Of a stretch of 64,000 nucleotides of DNA, positions 57,888-64,000 are shown piece by piece. Below the pieces are notes generated by a model. The model did not search any database, was not told where the DNA came from, and was given only the letters and a program-made list of their open reading frames with translations. The stretch is from assembly GCA_963693365.1 (NCBI GenBank), contig CAVNZM010000001.1, forward strand, positions 440,425 to 504,424, given 5' to 3'. Position 1 is the stretch's first letter, and every line of letters starts with the position of its first letter. A program made the position numbers and the translations under genes. The stretch comes from Amoebidium appalachense (Eukaryota > Protista > Ichthyosporea).

Positions 57888-59774
57888 TTAAATTCCTACG
57901 ACTACGTTCACACTCCTCCTCGGTCTCCTCCCCCCCTCCCCCTCCCCCCGTGTGTCTACGTGTATTTGCATCACTCCCCCCCCGATCTCCTCCCCCACCG
58001 ACTTTTTCACACCACGATTAAACTGAGGAATAACTCTCTTTGGCCGAGAGGGAGCACTAGGCAACTCCCTCTGCACTAATCTAGCCTCATAAGCACGAAT
58101 AGAAAACGGGCAATCCAAATGAAACTCAGGCAACCACTGATCTTCCTGATAACCTCCCTCAAAACGAATTAAATAATAATTTACCTTACCTTCCTTACCT
58201 TCGATAACCTTTCTATCCATAATTTTATCTACTGCAGCCTCCGATACATCCACCGACCCGTCATAGTCGGGGGTGAATGCATCTAACACTCGACGGCCCT
58301 CCGGCCGTTTAACCCTAAGGGCCCTATCATAATATTCCTTTATATCATCTACATTATAAAATCTAACATCACTCTCATTATCTAACCTCTGCACCTTATA
58401 TTCCGTCGGACCTAACCTAGCCACTATTTTATACGGGCCGATAAAAAGAGGCAACCATTTCTTACCATACTTACGAAGACCTTCACCTTCACCCTTACCT
58501 TCCTGCTCCTGCTTATATCTCTTTTTCCTAGTATGATCCCTAATTAAAACTAAAGTACCCTCGGCAAATTCACGTAACGGACGTGTGGACACGTCTGTAC
58601 GTGCCTGTGCCTGCTGTGTACGGGCCAGAGCTGCATCACGTGCAGCCCGGGCCCGGGTTAGTAGCTGCTCCCGGAACTCAGTCCAGTGGGGATAAGTTAG
58701 TCGGTCAGCCCCCCCCATCGGCAAAAGTGCCGTATCTAACAAACTAATAGCCTCCTGCCCATAGACCAAATAAAACGGAGAAAAACCAGTCACAGCATGA
58801 GGGGTAGAATTATATGAATGAGCAATAAACCTAGACATATGATCCCAATCATTAGCCTCCACATCCACCATTTTGCCAAAGGACTTCTGAAACACTGCAT
58901 GCACACGTTCAGAGATGGCATTTGCTTGAGGGTGATATGCAGACGTAGTGATATGAGCTACCCTTAAAATTTTACACACCTCCGACACCAACTGATTTGA
59001 AAACACACGACTCCTATCCGTTAACAAAACACAAGGACAACCAAACCTAAGACAAATTTCATCCACAAAAATACGAGCAAACAAAACGGCATTAGCAGTG
59101 GGGAGAGGAAAAACTTCAACCCAACGAGTGGCCACATCGGTGACGGTAACAAGAACAGTGTTACCCTCAACCGTAGAATTAAAAGGACCGACCACATCCA
59201 CTGCTACCCTTTCAAACATACGAACATTAAAATCCCTAATAAACGACGGGCGGGAACGAGAGTGGGGACTCTCATTCCTTTCCTGACAATGCATGCATGA
59301 CAACACATAATCCCTCACCTCCCTACTCATACCCGGCCAAAAATACGAACGATTAACACGAAGCAACGTCCTATTTACACCTAAATGACCAGCCATGGGA
59401 TGCTCATGCACCATATGCAAAACCTCAGGCACAAGTGACGTCGGGACCCAAACTCGGTGTCCGTCTGGCCCAGAACAATGATAAACTAAATCCTGCTCTA
59501 CCTGACACATTTTTGCTAACTTAGCTACCTTAATCATCTGCCTTTTATTTTTAAATTTAATCGAATCAACCGGCCCCTTTAAATAATTCTTAACCAGACC
59601 AATCAACACATCTTCCTCCTGAGCTAAGATCAAAGCCGTAGGTGCTAAGGCAGGGGCCGAGCCATGAGACTCGGTCCCGACCTCAGACACTGACAAATAC
59701 CTCCCCCCCCCCTCTCCTACACTTATAAGCAAGCAACCCCGGAACCCAAGAAGACACATCCACAGACACAGCAT
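57888..59774 (-). CDS. Gypsy integrase with HHCC, DDE core, GPY/F motif and C-terminal chromodomain
   Basis: HEHPMAGHLG...CMHC, VAVDVVGP, LLTDR, YHPQANAISER, FIGPYKIV and VDKIMDRK...YYLIRFEGG...DQWLPEFHLDC. Confidence 0.92.
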   Translation of the reverse strand: MLCLWMCLLGFRGCLLISVGEGGGRYLSVSEVGTESHGSAPALAPTALILAQEEDVLIGLVKNYLKGPVDSIKFKNKRQMIKVAKLAKMCQVEQDLVYHCSGPDGHRVWVPTSLVPEVLHMVHEHPMAGHLGVNRTLLRVNRSYFWPGMSREVRDYVLSCMHCQERNESPHSRSRPSFIRDFNVRMFERVAVDVVGPFNSTVEGNTVLVTVTDVATRWVEVFPLPTANAVLFARIFVDEICLRFGCPCVLLTDRSRVFSNQLVSEVCKILRVAHITTSAYHPQANAISERVHAVFQKSFGKMVDVEANDWDHMSRFIAHSYNSTPHAVTGFSPFYLVYGQEAISLLDTALLPMGGADRLTYPHWTEFREQLLTRARAARDAALARTQQAQARTDVSTRPLREFAEGTLVLIRDHTRKKRYKQEQEGKGEGEGLRKYGKKWLPLFIGPYKIVARLGPTEYKVQRLDNESDVRFYNVDDIKEYYDRALRVKRPEGRRVLDAFTPDYDGSVDVSEAAVDKIMDRKVIEGKEGKVNYYLIRFEGGYQEDQWLPEFHLDCPFSIRAYEARLVQRELPSAPSRPKRVIPQFNRGVKKSVGEEIGGGVMQIHVDTRGEGEGGRRPRRSVNVVVGI

Positions 59775-61361
59775 CTATTCCTTTCTGCTCACTCTCCCCC
59801 CCTCCCCCCCTCCCCCCCCGTCTCTCACTATCCCCCCCTCCCCCTCCTTCTCTTCTTCAAACAAAATATAAGCAGCACGAGAGAGAGCATCACAGTCAAC
59901 CATTGTTTCACCCTTGGCATAAAACAATTTATAGGAGAACTCACCGAGAGCCGCGGCCCACTTCTGCATCCTCTCGTTGACCAGACGAGTGGTGCCGGCC
60001 ATGGCTAGGCAGGGCTTGTGGTCGGTGTAGACCTCAAACGTCCTGCCTGCGAGTATATACCTCCATGCCTGTGAGACTGCCCAAAAGATAGCATGGGACT
60101 CTCTCTCCGGGTTGCTATATCTACGTTCACTTTTACTAAATGAACGACTAGCATAAGCATCACTCTATCCTGCCCCTCCTGCACTTGATATAACACGGCC
60201 CCCTCAGCAACCTTACTTGCATCACACCGAACTTTAAACATCACCCCCCCGGCCGAAAAATCAGGATGAACAAGCATACTCGAAGACTGCAAAGCTAACT
60301 TAAGCTTTTCGAAAGCAGAAACAGCATCAACATTCCAATCTTATTCTATTCTTCTTCTCCCCCCCCGTCTGACTAGTTAACGGCAAAGCAAGCATACTAT
60401 AATCCTTAATATAACGACGAAGATAATTAGTTAAACCTAAAAATTGCCTTAGTTGAGTGACAGTCTGAGGACGGGGCCACTCAACTATGGCCTGGATTTT
60501 CTCCGGATCAGGGGAAAGACCATTACTAGACACAATATGACCTAAAAACTTAACCTCCGGCACACCAATCACAGTCTTGCTACCGCTAATGCGAAGACCA
60601 GGCTCACCCAAAGCTAAAAATACTTTTTCACAATTATTAACTAGCTCCTCAAATGACCTACCTTTAATTAAAACATCATCCAAATAAGGGTGGCAGACAT
60701 CCAAATGAGGGTGGAGAATTTTATACATTACCCGGCACAACATAGCTGGAGAGGAGAGCAAACCCATCGGCACCACCTTGTACTGGAACAGCTGGTCACC
60801 CAGTGCAAAGGCAGTCTTCTCCTTGCTGCTCTCCTCCAACCTTATCTGCCAAAAAGCTGCTTTTAAATCAAGTTTAGCAAAGTGAGTATAGCCGTGCAGC
60901 TGTGAAAGCTGCTCGTCTATGTTAGGGAGAGGCCATTGGTCTGCCTTAGTGATCCGATTCAGAGCCCTGTAATCGTTCACTAGACGCCAAGACCCGTCGG
61001 GCTTCTTAACCAATAGCACCGGACTTCTCCACGGACTCGAACTATGCTCCACATGACCCTTTTTTAACATATCACTCACTATTATTAGCGCATCCGACAA
61101 TTTATACTGCTCCATTCTATAGCTAGGCATCACTACCGACCTATTATCACCTGTGTCGATCTGCATTTCAAACCCTTTAACGAAGCCTACTTCGTTATCA
61201 TCGGCCAGAAATGCAAACCGAGTCCTATCAAATAGCTTAGCTAGCAATTTTTTCTGTTCTACCGTCCAATCCCCCTCCTTCATACCAAACGGCAATACTA
61301 ACTCCGGGTTACCCCCATCACAAGTGGATGCATCCTTATTCACCGGAGTGCCACTTAACAT
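59775..61361 (-). pseudogene. Gypsy RT + RNase H, broken by frameshifts
   Basis: SPVLLVKKPDGSWRLVNDYRALN, KLDLKAAFWQI, PMGL, YLDD, FLGH and FLGLTNY; RNase H CDAS and DALSR. Confidence 0.9.
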
Positions 61362-62689
61362 TTCACCTCCTGTATTACATCGGTGCTGCTCGGGGTGAGG
61401 TTGAGGTACCTCCGGATATAGGCGGTCACCCTTAGCACCCCCCCTCCCCCCGGCACACCAATGCCCCTGGGCAATTCCTGATGAGTTAGTGCATGTATGT
61501 GGGGGGCCAGGTCTGTGGCCACCCTGCCCCCCACGGTGTTGGTTAACCCGTCAGATCCACGGGTTAGACCAACACCCTCCCCCCCTGCCTGCACATTCTC
61601 ACACCCGGGGTGACCCTCCTTCCTCTTGGGGGTCGGGGGGGTGGGACCGGTGCTGTCCCGGTCCACCCCCCCATCGTGTCGGGTGACATTTTGGTGGCTA
61701 ACGTTAAATAAAGTTGTTCCCCCTCCTCCTGAGTCACCCTTCGAGCCGGCATCCTCCTTTTGGGTAATAAGAGAGACCTCTATACTACCAATCTCATTAG
61801 TGAAACTACCGACGGAAACACCTGACCTAATCACTATAGGCTCGATGCCCGGATTCACTAATTCTATTTCTATTGTCTTATCCGGCCATACCCTACTAAG
61901 GGTCCATTGGGCCACCTCCTGAAATGGGGTTTTCGGAGTAAAAACCCCTAAATCCCCTATCCTAACATGATTGCCGGCCCGGACACGTACCGTTTGGCAC
62001 TGATAAGGCTCGATTACTACTTCAGCTACCGTTCTAGCACCAGACTGATAACCGTCGAGCCCATCATGGGTTTTAATTTTAACGCCGGACTGCAATTCTA
62101 AAACATTCGTACGTTCAAACAAAGCATTCACATGTCTACGGAAAAATGGGGCTCCCAACAAAACACTTTGAGCTAAATCCTTAACCACATAACAAGCAAT
62201 ATGCATAGCCTGGCCACCTATCTCACACGGCAACACACAAACACCTTCCACAGACATGCTACTATTATTAGCACTACCTAAGGCTGTGCTAGAAGCATCT
62301 AAAATAGGAATTTCCCCCCCGGCCTGATTAAAACGACGAATAAACGAAGCATGCACACAATTAACCTGAGCCCCTCCATCGAGCAAAGCAACAGCCTTCA
62401 ACTTACCATCCGCTAACCATACGTCTATATAATGCCGGCTAAAACCAACTAAATCCTCCTCCAATTCAAGCAACACATCATCACTCACACCCAATCCCTG
62501 CCCACGAAGACTCACACCCTCAATACCTACGTGCAACATACCTACCTGTGGTGGCTGCACGGGTGGGGTGGGGTGTGTATGTGATGTGGGTGGTGGTGGA
62601 GTGTGTGTGTGTGGTGTGTGGGTGGGTGGTGTGTGTGTGTTTGGTGTATGTGTGGGTGTGTGTGTGGGTGTAGGTGTGTCTGCAACCAT
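61355..62689 (-). CDS. Gypsy aspartic protease, followed by a dUTPase-fold-like segment
   Basis: ALLDGGAQVNCV...VLLGAPFF, then VVIEPYQCQTVRV...IELVNPGIEPIVIRSGVSVG. Confidence 0.8.
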   Translation of the reverse strand: MVADTPTPTHTPTHTPNTHTPPTHTPHTHTPPPPTSHTHPTPPVQPPQVGMLHVGIEGVSLRGQGLGVSDDVLLELEEDLVGFSRHYIDVWLADGKLKAVALLDGGAQVNCVHASFIRRFNQAGGEIPILDASSTALGSANNSSMSVEGVCVLPCEIGGQAMHIACYVVKDLAQSVLLGAPFFRRHVNALFERTNVLELQSGVKIKTHDGLDGYQSGARTVAEVVIEPYQCQTVRVRAGNHVRIGDLGVFTPKTPFQEVAQWTLSRVWPDKTIEIELVNPGIEPIVIRSGVSVGSFTNEIGSIEVSLITQKEDAGSKGDSGGGGTTLFNVSHQNVTRHDGGVDRDSTGPTPPTPKRKEGHPGCENVQAGGEGVGLTRGSDGLTNTVGGRVATDLAPHIHALTHQELPRGIGVPGGGGVLRVTAYIRRYLNLTPSSTDVIQEVKC

Positions 62690-63122
62690 CGTATGTTGTT
62701 GTGGTGGTGTGTTTCTACGTGTTTGTGCCTTCCCCCCCTTCCCCCTTTACTCGTGTGTGTCCCCCCCCTCCCGGAAACAATGGCACAGAAACCCCCTCCG
62801 GTGTGGTTAGAACAAACACCGGGTTGGGACAAGAAACACTGAGACCATCCACTTGTGGCTGGGGAACCTCCCCCAACCACAAAACATTCACACCATTCAT
62901 ACCTTTGGTAGAGTCACCCCACAAACATTCATGCCATACCACCTCGACGCTGTCTTGAGGACCCACGACGATGCCCGGCTCCCACACGTATCGGGGCGGT
63001 GAGGGGGCAAAGGGAAGCTTAGCCTGGGGTGGGGGAGGGTGAAGGTTCTCTGCAACCTGGGGGGGACCGATACTGTCCCCCCCCCCTCCCTCAGTGACCC
63101 CAGCTTCCCCCTCCCCCGGAAC

Positions 63123-63863
63123 TCAATAGCTCTTGTAACTACGGCAATATGCAGCAGAGTGCCCTTGCCGGCCACAAAAGTAACATGCACCAAAGAAGGG
63201 GCCAGGGGGGACTTCAAAACCTTGGCGCAAAGCATAACCGGGAGCCCGGTCATGCCGGGGGGGCCCACCGTGTGCACCACGGCCCCCCCTTCCCCCCTGC
63301 CCCCCTCGGCCCCTTACACCACCATTTCCACCCCTCCCTCTACCCTGCCCACGACCACGAGCAAGATAAGGGGCAAACCTCTCGGTGAACTGCTGCTGTT
63401 GTCCTCCACGTCCACCTCGGCCACGACCGCCGTGTCCACCCCGGTCGCCGCCACGGCCACCCCGGAAGCCGAAGCCCCCTCGGCCAGAAAAGACGGCCTG
63501 GGAGAGCTCGGCAACCTGCTTGACCAACATGGTGAGTGCATCTGGCTGTTCACCCTCTTTTTTCTCTTTTTCCCCCTTCTGTCCACTCTCCTTTTTTTTC
63601 TTGTCTACTTCCATCACCTCCTTTTTATCCCTCTTATTGAACTTCACCTCGTGCATGGCAAGCAAGTGACGTTTAACATGCAACACCACCTCATCTACAT
63701 CATCATGCTCCCCAAACATGCGTGTAGTGTCTGTGTTTACAGAGAGAGCCTTACGATCAAACTCGAATTTTTCCCTATCACTCACGTCACCAGCTACCTC
63801 ACAAAGGTCTTCAAAGACCCGATATTCCCTCTCAAAGAATGCACGAGCTTCTACGGGGGACAT
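63123..63863 (-). CDS. Gypsy Gag C-terminal part (RGG-rich region + CCHC zinc knuckle)
   Basis: CYFCGRQGHSAAYC and RGG repeats; upstream of the protease. The 5' end probably lies beyond the window. Confidence 0.85.
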   Translation of the reverse strand: MSPVEARAFFEREYRVFEDLCEVAGDVSDREKFEFDRKALSVNTDTTRMFGEHDDVDEVVLHVKRHLLAMHEVKFNKRDKKEVMEVDKKKKESGQKGEKEKKEGEQPDALTMLVKQVAELSQAVFSGRGGFGFRGGRGGDRGGHGGRGRGGRGGQQQQFTERFAPYLARGRGQGRGRGGNGGVRGRGGQGGRGGRGAHGGPPRHDRAPGYALRQGFEVPPGPFFGACYFCGRQGHSAAYCRSYKSY

Positions 63864-64000
63864 ATCTAAAGTGGGAAAGGTATACTTCCTTTCACGTAGC
63901 TGGGCCCGGAAGGTACGGCGTCGGTCGGCCGTCAGGTATCGGCCGACGAGCCGGGCCGTATACTCGAGCTCGTTTTCCGGCCGTGTGAAGGCCTCGAGCT

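Overview
Eukaryotic genomic DNA: intron-rich and saturated with (CA/GT)n, (GA)n and poly-G/poly-C tracts. An opisthokont origin is my inference from the CCT4 and PAF-AH sequences; the species cannot be determined. The core (about 10.7-42.7 kb) holds three spliced host genes that I reconstructed by hand. These are CCT4 (chaperonin delta, 13 exons traced, minus strand), a PAF-acetylhydrolase/Lp-PLA2 family lipase (minus strand), and a 9-exon gene of unknown identity encoding an AT-hook plus eight tandem CxH-x6-CxxC zinc-binding repeats (plus strand). Both flanks are nested transposon piles. On the left, an APE-RT LINE (family A) is interrupted by a DD35D pogo/Fot1-like DNA transposon and by a full-length LINE of family B. 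On the right are a LINE relic, three nested Copia families, another family-A LINE and a chromodomain-bearing Gypsy element. Most short ORFs in the supplied track are microsatellite artefacts. Four observations stand out: (i) (CA)n or poly-C replaces the polypyrimidine tract at many 3' splice sites, with GT-rich tracts near donors; (ii) a dispersed, apparently structured repeat family ends at poly-C tracts, and two poly-G tracts are flanked by direct duplications; (iii) four different elements interrupt LINE RT genes within the same ~60 bp; (iv) the zinc-repeat gene itself. All calls come from manual reading; no searches were run.
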